Origin: Mobula hypostoma
Taxonomy: Eukaryota
Assembly: GCF_963921235.1 (NCBI RefSeq)
Contig: NC_086109.1
Coordinates: 17,982,001 to 18,046,000, forward strand
Direction of reading: 5' to 3'
DNA length: 64,000 nucleotides
In this document: in pieces, positions 51,801 through 63,659 of the stretch
How the letters are laid out: every line of letters starts with the position of its first letter
Numbering within the stretch: the first letter of the stretch is position 1
Notes under the pieces: model-generated
Databases searched by the model: none
What the model was told of the DNA's origin: nothing
Seen by the model: only the letters and a program-made list of their open reading frames with translations
Made by a program: the position numbers and the translations under genes

Positions 51801-52540
51801 TTTCAAGGAGACACGGAAGGACTGATCTGGAGGTCTTGGCATCCGTGGAGAAGATGAGGATGCCGTTGAGGTAAACAAACACATACCTGTGACGCGTGTC
51901 TTGGAGGATCTTGTTTGTGAAGGGTTGGAAAATGGCTGATCTGATGGAAGGTCTGAAAGGCATTACCAAGCATACAAATTGGCCAGTGGGTGTTATGAAA
52001 GTCACACTCATCTCCCGGCAGATAAGGTTTTAAACCTCCGTAGATCCAATTTGGTGAAAATTTGAGTCCCGTGGAATGCTTCAAATGCGTTTTCCATCAA
52101 AGCAAGAGGGTAACGTTTCTTAATGGTGGTTTTGTTGAGTCTAAGGTGGTCAATGAAAGGATGAAGGTGCCTATCTTTCTTCCTGACAAAGAAGAATCCC
52201 GCACCTGCTGGGGGCTGGGTTGGTCAAATGAAGTCATGCTGTAGTGCTTCGGTGATGCGGTCATTCATAGGGGGTGGCAGAGCAGATGACCTCAGGGAAG
52301 GGTGTGGTGCCCGGGAGGAGGTCAATCACGCAGTTATGTGGTCAGTGATACAGGAAGGTGCTAGCCTCCCTTTTACTAAAAGCTGTTGGGGTGAATCCGT
52401 TGAATGGATTCGGTGTGCTCTCTGATGTTTGTGCACAAGCCGTGTGTGTGCTCTGACCATTCCAGGTCCCAAGGAATGTCCAGCAGTGGCTGTGATGCAG
52501 AAGGGGTGAAAGTTGGTCTTGGTAGGGAGTCCCAGTGCAC
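48871..52540 (-). mobile_element. Degenerate chromovirus (Sushi-like Ty3/Gypsy) LTR retrotransposon: 3' LTR 48871-49191, chromodomain, integrase and RT remnants
   Basis: LTR TGTCAGG...CCTGACA preceded by a G-rich polypurine-tract-like sequence; [10 protein letters not shown] integrase motif; F.TPTG.F..LVMPF and FVYL..ILIFS RT motifs; chromodomain RSW.PSSVILDPSLI split by Rex1. Confidence 0.85.
49275..50663 (+). mobile_element. Rex1/Babar LINE RT fragment inserted in the Gypsy chromodomain
   Basis: LDPLEFAY, GAPQGCVLSP, KFADDTTVVG and KFLGVTISEDLSW motifs; TSD tggatg (49269-74 and 50664-69). Confidence 0.92.
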
Positions 52541-53459
52541 ACATAGAGTCTGGACCAGAAAGTTGCCTGCTGCACTGAAATTGCATTATAACTGCAAGGA
52601 TGAGAACTTCAATATGAATAAATACTTGCTGGTGAATAATTTTTAATAGATTGTAGGCATGTTTGCCTTTTTTAACGTAGAAGATAATATCACTTAGGCA
52701 TTAAAGAAAGAAGCTCAGTCAGGATTTATTCTCTTCCTATTTTGAGATACAATGGGGTTGAAAACAGAAACAGGAATCAAGTTAAAAGGTGTTCCCAAAG
52801 CCCTTTACCTTGTCATCTCAAATCTGTGTACAGATTACACACTGCCGGTTAATGTCTTCTCATCATTGCAAAGGCTGGGGATTTGCACCAGCTCTCGCAC
52901 GTAAATTATCTTAAAGCATTGGAACTTCACTTTCCTTTAAAATAAGAAGCATGATCCAGACTGATCTTCCTCAAGAAGACGTAGACATTCAAATTGAAGG
53001 AACCGACATGATTAGACAAGCAATCAATTTCACTCAGGCCATTGTAATTGCTAGTGAAGAATGAATCCTGGGCTTGATTAAACTAGTTCTACGCCGGAGG
53101 TAAAGCAATTCTGAGGAAATGTGTTGTGTGTAATTGGATTTTGAATTATCAATGCACTGTGAAGTTGTCTGGGGAGCTGACTGAAATATTAAGCTCACGG
53201 AAGCTGGGGAAAATGCTGTCTCTGTGCACCATTGTCACCTGATGAACTCTTTCCCAGTTAACTTTAAGTACATTGATTAAATTCAACCACGATTGAATGC
53301 TGCTGAATGCCTAGTGTGTTGGAAGAATTAACATGGATTGTCAGTGTTTTTAGGGGACTAAACCTTGTTGCTTGCTGATGTCTGACATAATGAGTGTGTG
53401 CCATTTCTCACTGGGTATCTCAACATTGAGTGTGATGACTCGGAGACATCATTGTGCAA

Positions 53460-53685
53460 CAGGGTAGTGTAGCAGTTATTGTAACACTATGCCAGTGACC
53501 TGGGTTCAATTCTGCTGCTGCCTGAAAGAAGTCTTACATTCTCCCTGTGACAATGTGGGTTTCCTTTGGGTGCTACGGTTTCCTTCCACAGTCCAAAGAC
53601 ATATAGGTGACTAGTTTAGTTGGTTACATGGATGTAATTGAGCTTGTTGGGTCAGAAGGGCCTGTTGTTGTATCTTTAAATAAAT
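53460..53685 (+). mobile_element. HE1/V-SINE-like SINE
   Basis: B box gggttcaattc and V-domain motif. Confidence 0.7.
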
Positions 53686-54346
53686 ATAAATACATTAAAA
53701 AAATTAGGATAGAAAATAGAAGGATTCACATGTGCAGACCTTTATATCTCACACTTCAAACATCCTTCATTTTTTTTTCTCATTTCTGATGACAATTTCA
53801 CATTATGTGCTATACCATATGACGTGGGCAGTCATGGTCTTCCATGATTGTTCTTGGCAAACTTTTCTACTGAAGTGGGTCGCCATTGCCTTCTTCTGGG
53901 GCAATGTCTCTGCAAGACTGGTGACCCCAGCCTATATGAATAATCTTCAGAGATTGTCTGCCTGTCATCAGTGGGGGCATAACCAGCACTTGTGATATGT
54001 ACAAGCTGTTCCTATTCCTAATACGTAATTTAGAAATGCATACGTGCATTAAGAAATGACGCAATGTTTCTCCAGAGTGATATCACACAAAAACAGGACA
54101 AACCAAAGACTAACACTGACAATACCACATAATTATAACATATAGTTACAGCAGTGCAAAACAATACCATAATTTGATAAAGAACAGACCATGGGCATGG
54201 TAAAAAAAAATCTGAAGTCCTGATCGACTCCTATAGTCCCCGATAGCAGGCGGCAAAAGGGGAGAAACTCCCCTGCCATAAACCTCCAGGCACCGACAAC
54301 TGCCAACTGCCAATGCATTGGAAGAACATAACATAGAACATAGAAC

Positions 54347-55637
54347 ATGGATGTGGGGGTAGAAGGGTGGGTTGGCAAGTTTGCAGACGACACCAAGTTT
54401 GGTGGTGTTGTAGATAGTGTAGAGGATTGTCGAAGATTGCAGAGAGACATTGATAGGATGCAGAAGTGGGCTGAGAAGTGGCAGATGGAGTTCAACCTGG
54501 AGAAGTGTGAGGTGGTACACTTTGGAAGGACAAACTCCAAGGCAGAGTACAAAGTAAATGGCAGGATACTTGAACAACAGGAATTCTGCAGATGCTGGAA
54601 ATTCAAGCAACACACATAAAAGTTGCTGGTGAACGCAGCAGGCCAGGCAGCATCTCTAGGAAGAGGTGCAGTCAACGTTTCAGGCCGAGACCCTTCGTCA
54701 GGACAGAAATTCAAGCAACACACATAAAATTTGCTGGTGAATGCAGCAGGCCAGGCAGCATCTCTAGGAAGAGGTGCAGTCGACGTTTCAGGCCGAGACT
54801 CTTCATCAGGACTGCAGGCCAGGCAGCATCTCCTGACGAAGGGTCTCGGCCTGAAACGTCGACTGCACCTCTTCCTAGAGATGCTGCCTGGCCTGCTGCG
54901 TTCACCAGCAACTTTTATGTGTGTGGCAGGATACTTGGTAGTGTGGAGGAGCAGAGGGATCTGGGGGTACATGTCCACAGATCCCTGAAATTTGCCTCAC
55001 AGGTAGATAGGGTAGTTAAGAAAGCTTATGGGGTGTTAGCTTTCATAAGTCAAGGGATAGAGTTTAAGAATCATGATGTAATGATGCAGCTCTATAAAAC
55101 ATCGGTTAGGCCACACTTGGAGTACTGTGTCCAGTTCTGGTCGCCTCACTATAGGAAGGATGTGGAAGCATTGGAAAGGGTACAGAGGAGATTTAGCAGG
55201 ATGCTGCCTGGTTTAGAGAGTATGCATTATGATCAGAGATTAAGGGAGCTAGGATTTTACTCTTTGGAGAGAAGGAGGATGAGAGGAGACATGATAGAGG
55301 TGTACAAGATAATAAGAGGAATAGATAGAGTGGATAGCCAGCGCCTCTTCCCCAGGGCACCACTGCTCAATACAAGAGGACATGGCTTTAAGGTAAGGGG
55401 TGGGAAGTTCAAGGGGGATATTAGAGGAAGGTTTTTTACTCAGAGAGTGGTTGGTGCATGGAATGCACTGCCTGAGTCAGTGGTGGAGGCAGATATACTA
55501 GTGAAGTTCAAGAAACTACTAGACAGGTACATGGAGGAATTTAAGTTGGGGGTTATATGGGAGGCAGGGTTTGAGGGTCGGCACAACATTGTGGGCCCAA
55601 GGGCGTGTAATGTGCTGTACTATTCTATGTTCTATGT
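54347..55637 (+). mobile_element. Young CR1 LINE ORF2 3' part interrupted by a Penelope-derived array
   Basis: KFADDTK...KWQMEFN, then GRILGSVEEQRDLGV through LDRYM with no internal stops; ttctatg tail. Confidence 0.95.
54573..54923. mobile_element. Penelope-derived mini-element: two tandem 108-bp units plus one inverted unit, three hammerhead motifs
   Basis: TSD tggcaggatacttg (54559-72 and 54924-37); units 54598-54705 and 54706-54813; inverted copy about 54833-54923. Confidence 0.9.
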
Positions 55638-56184
55638 AATTGCTCCTGTGGCTTCACGTGACCCTGATCGGGGGCTAAATACTGTACCTTATGCAAGGAT
55701 GACCTGCAGGCTAGTGGAGGGATGGAGTGCCTTAGTTTGGAAGAGATATATCTCTACCCTGCCACCCTTAATTTCACATACTTTTTCATTTCTATTTAAT
55801 CTCTTCCTGTATATCTCAAAATTTCTTTTACTACAAGTTTTTTTCCCCAGTTTTGATGGAAGAATTTCAGTCTGAGTCATTACGAAGTTTCTCTCTCCAC
55901 ACTTGCTGAATGACTCGCGGAGTATTTCCAGCATGTTCCATCTCGCTTGTATACTTCCTCCTATTTACATCAGTACTGCAGGCATTCCTCAGTTTACCAA
56001 CATTCAATTTACAAATTTTTGTTATGATGCACTTAGGGTACATGAAGCTCTTTAGTCTTGCAGGGATAAGTGCCAGGAGAAAGATTAGTAGGGAGAGAAG
56101 AATGGATAAGGAACTTTTTGGTGGGCTGCAATCATCATGACCTTTTAGGCACTTGGCAGGGGGCAATAAAAAGAAGTGAGGTGT

Positions 56185-56520
56185 AAGCGGAGCAGCCATT
56201 GTGTGAGTGGGCCAGTGTTAGAGTGGTCAGGCTTTGGCTCACCAGAACAGTCGCAGGCTTGTACTGAAGCTTGAGAGGTTAGAAGTATAACAAGTGTCGG
56301 CAGGATGGTAGTTTAGGCTGTGAGATCTGGGATTTCAGGGTACCTGGTCTCCTTGACCACATCTACAGGAAGTGCACCCAACTTCAGCTCCTGACTGACA
56401 AGGTCAAGAAACTGAAGCTGGAGCTGGATGTATTCAGGACCGTTTGGGAGGCTGAAAACTTTGTAGGTGAGACTTCTACTGAGGCAGTCACACCCAGAGT
56501 TCAGGCTTCATATAGTAGAT
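56185..56520 (+). mobile_element. CR1 ORF1 N-terminal (zinc-finger/leucine-zipper) remnant
   Basis: Translates DHIYRKCTQLQLLTDKVKKLKLELDVFRTVWEAENF...VTPRVQ, like CR1 ORF1. Confidence 0.65.
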
Positions 56521-56929
56521 TTCCTCTTAAACCTGGTACTATCCTTATGGTACCAAAGATATTACGTAAAAATGTAATGTTACTGCAAGCAGCACAGTGG
56601 CAAAACTTGTAGAGCTACTACTTCACACAGCCAGACTCCTGACCTTTGGTCCTGTCTGTGTGAATCTGGCATGGCCTGTCCATGACTCTGTGGGGTTTGT
56701 CGTGATACTCTCACTTTTTTCCGATCCCAAGGATGTGTGAACTGGTTAGTGTAAAATGCCCCTAGTGCGTATGTCAGAGGTACTTTCAAGGGGGTTGATA
56801 TTGATGTTGGGACAATAAATGTGGAGTTAGTGCAAATGGGTGGTTATTGGTGAACATGTTTTGAAAGGCCTCCTTTGGTGCTGTGTGACTCGATGTCCTT
56901 TTGTAGTTATTGCTATGTCTCACCTGGAA

Positions 56930-57910
56930 AATGGTGCCTCATACCCTACGATGCTTTTATCAACTTCATCTTGGCATTTCATATGATCAGCCCTCCATAG
57001 CTGGTGGGTCAACTGTCCTCATTGGGCCCCTCTCTGTGACTGGATCTTGGACTTCTTGACAGGAAGACCACAGTCAATCCATGTTGACTGCAACATCTCC
57101 AAGTCCATCATACTGAGCACCAGAACCCCCACCCCCCAGGGCCGCATCCTCAGTCCACTGCTGATGCATGACTGTACTGCTGGATCCATCTCAAACCAAG
57201 TCACCAAGTTTGCTGATGACACGACAGTGGTTGGCCTCATCACAGTAACAAGATGGCATAGAGAGAGCAGGAATTGTAGAATGGTGTGAACACAGTAATT
57301 TAAGTCTCAAAGTGAACAAGACTAAAGAGATCATTGTGGACTTTAGAAAGGTGCAGGCTGACCAACCCTCATTACAGATTCACAGCTCACCTCTGGACAG
57401 AGTTAGGAGCAATTGGTTTCTTGGAGTGCACAAAATGGATGATCTCACCTGGCCCCTTAACACTTCATCTTTAGTTAAGAAAGCACGGCAGCATTTCCAT
57501 TTCCTGAGGAGATTGAGATGAGTTAGGCCCCCCCCCCCACCATTCTAACGAATTTTTACAGGAGCACCATTCAGGGTGTTGTAAACAACTGCATAAATAT
57601 CTGTTACAGGAATTGCAAAGCATTAGACTGCAAGACCCCACAAGGATTGTTGAGAGGAGCATCAGGGTCTCTCTTCCACCCATCGGAGATATTTATCAGG
57701 AGCACTGCATACGCTAAGACTTTCAAAGATCCCTCCTGAAGACGTCGTCTTGAAAATGTCTGGAATATATTTTATTAGTTGCTAATATATTTGTGGTAAT
57801 ATTACTTTTATGTGTTTTGTGTGTGTGCTGTATGTACTGCATTGTGCATCTTGTTCTGGAGGAACATTGATTTGTTTGACGGTATATATGAATAATGGTA
57901 AAATTGAACC
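56930..57910 (+). mobile_element. Degenerate Rex1/Babar RT fragment
   Basis: DFLTGRPQ, PQG..LSPLL, KFADDTTVVGLI and KTKEIIVDFRK motifs. Confidence 0.85.
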
Positions 57911-58909
57911 TGAGCTTTAAGCTCTCACTGCTGTATTGTGAGCCAAATCATATCCAAACTAAATTTCAGGAACAAATCAGAATTTTATCCGCATTCTTCC
58001 TTAACTACTCCTTTCTGGCATGCTTACCAAAAGGAAGCGGTGGAACCTAAGATTACTACACAGCGTCCTGCTCATTTCTCCCCCAAAGTTAAAGTCATCT
58101 TTTCAAATGCATGAGCCATGGTTCATTTGTCTGGTCTTTTACTTCTGATAGGATGGTTATAGGCTCAGATTCATCTCCCAAGCATACGAATCTAGGATGA
58201 CACTATGGTGCAGAACTGAGGGAGAGCCACACTGTCTTATCACCATTTTAGAAAAGATGTGAACCTTAGGCTCAATCTTCTCTCTTGAAGTCATTTCTGG
58301 CCTGTTCTATATTTACAAGGTTTTTACAGAATGGACCTGACATAACGTGCTCCACAGCATCATAAAATATTCCATGCATGTGGCAGCAAAGAGGACCAGA
58401 GCAGGTTTTGCTGGTATCCAGACCCAAAATTCTGGAAATATTCAGATCAGATGACATTGGTGGCAATCAAAATTATGCTACTGTAAATGTTTTGCTTTCA
58501 AAAATATTTTGTTTCTTCAGGTTTTCGTTTGTTTTATTTCATTTTGGCTTTTATGTCACTAAAGCCTGATGTCTCGTTAAAATCAATTTGCAGCTTGTGG
58601 AAGCTTGTTGTGTGTAGATTGACTGCTGCTGAGATTGTATAAGGCATTATATAAAAAAACACGTCTTCTTTTTCTCCTTTCAAGCTGGACCATCTACAAA
58701 TCGGTTGCTCACTGGAAAAGGTCGACCGAGCCTTCTTCCAAGAGCAGGTCACTTTTCTGTGCCCTCTTTTCACCCAATAAAGTAAGGTTCAAAGAAGCTC
58801 ATCTGCAGCTTGAGGTATTTTTATTGACCTACACTGTTTCAAGAAGGCAGTATCTGGCCTGAGGTATTGGATTCTTGTTCAGAATTCACTCAGGCGCCTG
58901 CAATTAGTG

Positions 58910-59050
58910 GAGTTGCTATAGCAACTCGGAATTAGCTCTCCCGTTTTATACCTGCAAAGTTATTGGCATTTAGAATGGACCTAACATGCCGTGCTCCACA
59001 AAATCATAAAGGTGAGCGTAGTAACTGTTGCCAAGGAAACCACACATTGG
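58910..59050. promoter_or_regulatory. Candidate RFX X-box pair plus inverted CCAAT in unique sequence
   Basis: Perfect 18-bp palindrome GAGTTGCTATAGCAACTC (58910-27); GTTGCCAAGGAAAC (59027-40); ATTGG (59046-50). Confidence 0.4.
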
Positions 59051-60288
59051 TTAAACGGCACTGATATCGAGGACGAGGATAAAAGAAAAGAGGAGGGGAG
59101 GGGGAGAATTGGAAGAGAGCTTGAAGTGGTTTGCAAAATGATCAGATTTTACATAGGGGAGGGTTAGGCTATAAATCTAGTTTCTGACAACTGACAGAAA
59201 TACTTTGAACAATCAACCTGTGATTTCAAAGAAAAATGAGTCTGACTTCATAAAGAAATGTTAATAATTCCCTGTTACTCTTGACTTTGTTGCTATTTTG
59301 GGGATAAAGGTCAACATTCCTGCATTTGTAGATTCACTTCATGACTCAGAAACTAAGTATATTGCCAAGGCACTAATGAGGTCTTGCTGAATTTTATACA
59401 CAGTTTATGGGATCCTTTTAATAAGGGACAATTAAAATTTTCCTTGGTTCCACTTGGCAATTCTCCAGAGCAACACTTTGTCTTCCGCGCTCTATCAGGC
59501 TAATGTTTTCATGTGGAGGGCAGGATCAAAGACCACGGCATTAACACACAGAACAAGAAACAAAAGCCAATCTATCCCTGAACCACTGTAGGCTGATTAA
59601 TTAAAGGACTTAAGATTTTAAGGTTACAGTAGGTAGAGAAAAATATTTTTTTCTCAATGTCGGGATGAAAGAACTAGATGACATAATTATAAACATAAAA
59701 TATTTCAGGCAATTCACCTTCAAACAAAGGGTGTGGAAGCCTGGAGCACTCTCCTTGAAAATTCTGCGATTTTGTTGGGCAAATATTACGGGGCTGAGCC
59801 AAAGAGCGGCATTGTAATGCAGCTGAGAGAACTTCAGCCTCACAACAGCGGCGGGAATTGAACCCGGGTTGCTAGCGCTGCAAAAGCATTCCACTAACCG
59901 CTACGCTACCTTGTCACCAAGTTGAAAGATCTTGACCTGAAAGGTCAACAGTCCACTTCCCTCCACAGGTGCTGCCTCGCCCGCCGAGCTCCTCGAGCTC
60001 CTTGTATGTTGCATCTTATCACATTCTTTGAGGAGCTCTTTGCCCCATTGGGACTACTCAATTAATTTTGTTCTTCCTTCTCTGGCAAAGTTCAGAGGGT
60101 GACCATCAGGAGAACAGAACGGTGGTGCAGTTGTGTCCCAACTCCAGTGATCCAGGTTCGATTCTGACCTCTGGTGCTGTCCGTCCCTGAATGGTTTCCT
60201 CCCAATTCCCAATGCTTGTTGGTCTGCTGTAAACTAGCCCTGCTTTAACTCAGTGGGAGGGGAATCAGCGTGCAGTTGATGAGAAAAT

Positions 60289-60713
60289 TGTTACCACGGA
60301 GCTGGCAGCGCAGTAGATACGGCAATTGCGCTTCTGAATTTGCATGTGTCAGCTAATTATTATTTAATCGTGATAGTATTTAACCCCATACTTGTCGTCA
60401 TAGTGCTTGTCGAGACTTGGACACAGCATAGCAAAGCTTTGCTGCTGTTTTTACATTCAGCCTTCCCTGAGATAGTGGACTTTCAAGTCAACTGACTCTG
60501 AAGGCTAGTAGTATTTGTGTAATGTTTAGATGTTCTTTTCAGCTGCAGAGTAGGCTTTGGTTTCCTTTTGAGAGTTTTACTTAATGGCCCTGTTTGGCCT
60601 AGCATTCATTGTTTTATTTTCCCTTTAACACTGTTCATATTGAAGTCTGTGAACTATCGACCTGCTTCAGTGTCTCTCACTCCACACTTGGGCCATATCC
60701 GAACCTGGTAACA
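60289..60713. mobile_element. Solo LTR-like element (family shared with 3271-3691)
   Basis: TGTTACCA...TGGTAACA inverted termini; colinear with 3271-3691. Confidence 0.7.
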
Positions 60714-61394
60714 GCAGGTAACAAAAATGATAGAGACCAGGTTCCAGGGAAATTAACTGAGGGAATAGGATTGGTTAGATTCCTCTGAGAGTTGGCATGG
60801 ATTCAATAGGCTGAATAGTCTTTCCATCAGCATTGTAAGGAAGTATGGAGAACATGGGAGAGCTTGATTGAATCTTCCCCCCATCCAACCCATGGTTACT
60901 GAATCCATTTGCAATTCCCACAACTTCTGCCTTACTGGACTCAACAAACAATTCATGACAGGAAATTAAACTGGGACCCTGGCATCCAGACCAGACAGGG
61001 GATTCCAGGAACTAGGATTTAACAGCCCTGATCTGGCAGATACACTTCTTTCACTGTACTATTGGACCAAATTAAAATGAAATAGCAAATCCTATTGGAC
61101 TAAAAGTCCCTAAAATAAACACAAGAGTTTCTGCTGATACTGGAATCGCGTTCCCCCCCCCCACCCCATGAGAAAAACATGCTCAAAACGCTAGAGGGAC
61201 TCAGCAGATCAGACAGCACCTATGGAAGGGAATAAACAGCCGATGTTTTGGGAAGGGTCTTGGCCCGAAACATTGACTGTTTATTCCCTTCCTTAGATGC
61301 TGACTGACCTGTTGAATTCCCTCACTATTTTCCGTGTGTTTCCCTAAAGTAAAGCAAACCGTCGTGACGTGTCACTTGAACTTACAGCTCAGAA

Positions 61395-61705
61395 ACATAG
61401 AAAAACTACAGCACAATACAGGCTATTCGGCCCACAAAGCTGTGCCGAACATGTCCTAACCTTAGAAATTGCCTAGGGTTACCCATAGCCCTCTGTTTTT
61501 CTGAGCTCTATGTACCTGTTCAGGAGTCCCTTAAAAGACCCTATTGTATCCGCCTCCACCACCGTCGCCGGCAGCCCATTCCACGCATTCACCACTCTCC
61601 GCGTAAAAAAACTCACCCCTGACATCTCCTCTGTACCTGCTTCCAAGCACCTTAAAACTGTGCCCTCTCTTGCTAGTCATTTCAGCCCTGGGAAAAAGCC
61701 TCTGA
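61395..61705 (-). mobile_element. CR1 3' end (same subfamily as 19716-20995)
   Basis: Reverse complement closely matches 20680-20990. Confidence 0.85.
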
Positions 61706-62018
61706 TTATGATGCCTCTCATGATGATGATGATGAGAGACTATTCACCTCAGCTGGACTGTGTTATGCTCCACATTCACCCTATTTGATTCAATCCCATC
61801 AGAACGTCATTCTACTGCACAATCCCTTATTTCTCTAGTACAACACTTGCTGCAACTATTTTTTGTATTGACAAGTATGCACCTCTCAGGTAAGGTAGAC
61901 TTCCATTTTGCTTTTGTAATGAGTAGCTTATGTCCATGGGCAAAATGCTAGAGGAAATCTACTGGTCACATTGCAAAACAGTTGATGCTTCAGGCTGACA
62001 GTCTCCATCAGACCCTGT

Positions 62019-62321
62019 TGTCAGGGAGTTTAGAGGAGGCTTGGCTCAGAAGCAGAGTAATGGAGATGATTTAGCAGAAATTGATATTTTACTAATAAAC
62101 TGCAAAATAACCAGCAATGAGGGGCTACAAAATGAGAGCGAACAGATACTTAACACAACAAGCTAACTGAAGGCTAGAGAAACTGGCTGAGGTTGGCTGG
62201 TTCAATTAATGAACAAAGTACTGTTTTAAATAGGCTACAGGTGATGAATTGGAAATAGGGCACAAGTGATTCCTGTTAGCTGGGTGGAGAATGGGAGGTG
62301 CCTGCCTGTGCAGGTTTGACA
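62019..62321 (-). mobile_element. Solo LTR of the Gypsy family at 48871
   Basis: TGTCA...TGACA termini; colinear similarity to 48871-49191. Confidence 0.8.
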
Positions 62322-62869
62322 TCATCCTGAAACATTTACTGTTTATTCCTCTTCATAGATATTGCCTGACCTGCTGAGTTCCTCCAAAGTTTTCTGTGTG
62401 TTGCTCTGGGTTTCCAGCATCTGCAGAACCCCTTGTGTTTACGTTCATTGCTCCCAGTTTTATTCTGCACTATTTGTGAGCAGGCTCTCCTTGCCTGCTC
62501 TATGAAGCCTTTAGAATAGTCCTTGGCCTTCATCCTTTTTTTTTTAGAGGAGATTAATGCACATTACAGAGACACTTTCTAACTATATTTCCTTATCTTT
62601 CTTTGTGTCATCACCATGGTTGAGGTCAGACTGTTTCTTTCTAAGCTCTGTCTAGTGCCCATCACTCTGTCTCTCTCCTTGGAGGCCTGATTGGCTTGCA
62701 GATAAAGCTCAGCCCAGTCATTATTGTTAATAAATAGAGCCAGCTCCCTCAGTCCTCCATTTTCTCCACAAAGTGAACTCCTCTTAATGATGTTGCTATA
62801 GTTTTCTTCCTTCTAAACTTGACATTACACATTAGGGTTTATTTGCAATGCAGTGAGAAAAAGCCATCT

Positions 62870-63650
62870 TCAAGCTTTAGTTAATGATACAGCTCTATAA
62901 AACCCTAGTCAGGCCACACTTGGAATATTGTGTTTTGTTCTGGTCAACTCATTATAGGAAGGATGTGCAAGATTTAGAGAGGGCGCAAAGGAGATTTACC
63001 AGGATACTGCCTGGATTAGAAAGCGTGTCTTAGAAGGAGAGATTGAGTGAGCTAGGGGCTTTTCTCTTTGGAGTGAAGGAGGATGAGAGGTGACTTGATA
63101 AAGGTGTACAAGGTGATAAGAGGCATAAAGTGGACAGCCAGCGCCTTTTCCCCAAGGTGTCAATTGTGAATACGGGAGGGCAAAATTTTAGGGTGATTGG
63201 AGGAAAGTATAGGGGCATCACGGCAGCGTAGAGGTTAGCACGCCGCTTTACCGTACCAGTGGCCCAGGGTTAATTTCCCATCGCTGGCTGTAAGGAGTTT
63301 GTATGTTCTCTCCGTGACCACGTGGGTTTTCTCTGGGTGCTCTGGTTTCCCCCCACAGTCCAAAGGCGTATCGGTTAGTAGGTTAATTAGCCCCATGATT
63401 ATGCTAGGATTAAATCGGGGGAATAACTGAGTGGCATGGCTGGAAGGGCCTATTCTGCACTGTATCTCAATCAATCAATCAATGTCAGAGGTAGATTTTT
63501 TACAGAAATGGAGGGTGCATGGAGCGCGCTGCCAGGTGTGATAACCGAGGCAGATACATCAGGGATCTTTAAGAGACTCCTTGTTAGGCACATGGATGAA
63601 AATGGAGGGTTATATGGGAGGGAAGAGCTAAATTGATCTTGGAGTAGGTT
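62870..63650 (+). mobile_element. CR1 3' fragment with a nested HE1-like SINE (about 63221-63482)
   Basis: LYKTLVRPHLEYCV...ERAQRRFTRILPGL; SINE with V-domain and (caat)n tail inside. Confidence 0.85.
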
Positions 63651-63659
63651 AAAAAGTCC

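Noticed and set aside
54573..54923. CRISPR-like or integron-like repeat array
   Set aside because: No unique spacers; eukaryotic retroelement units bounded by a TSD.
54592..55875. 427-aa ORF (and antisense 281-aa ORF 54133-54978) with 36-aa repeats
   Set aside because: Chance fusion of the 108-bp Penelope units with CR1 ORF2; the repeats are DNA-level and it is not a host gene.
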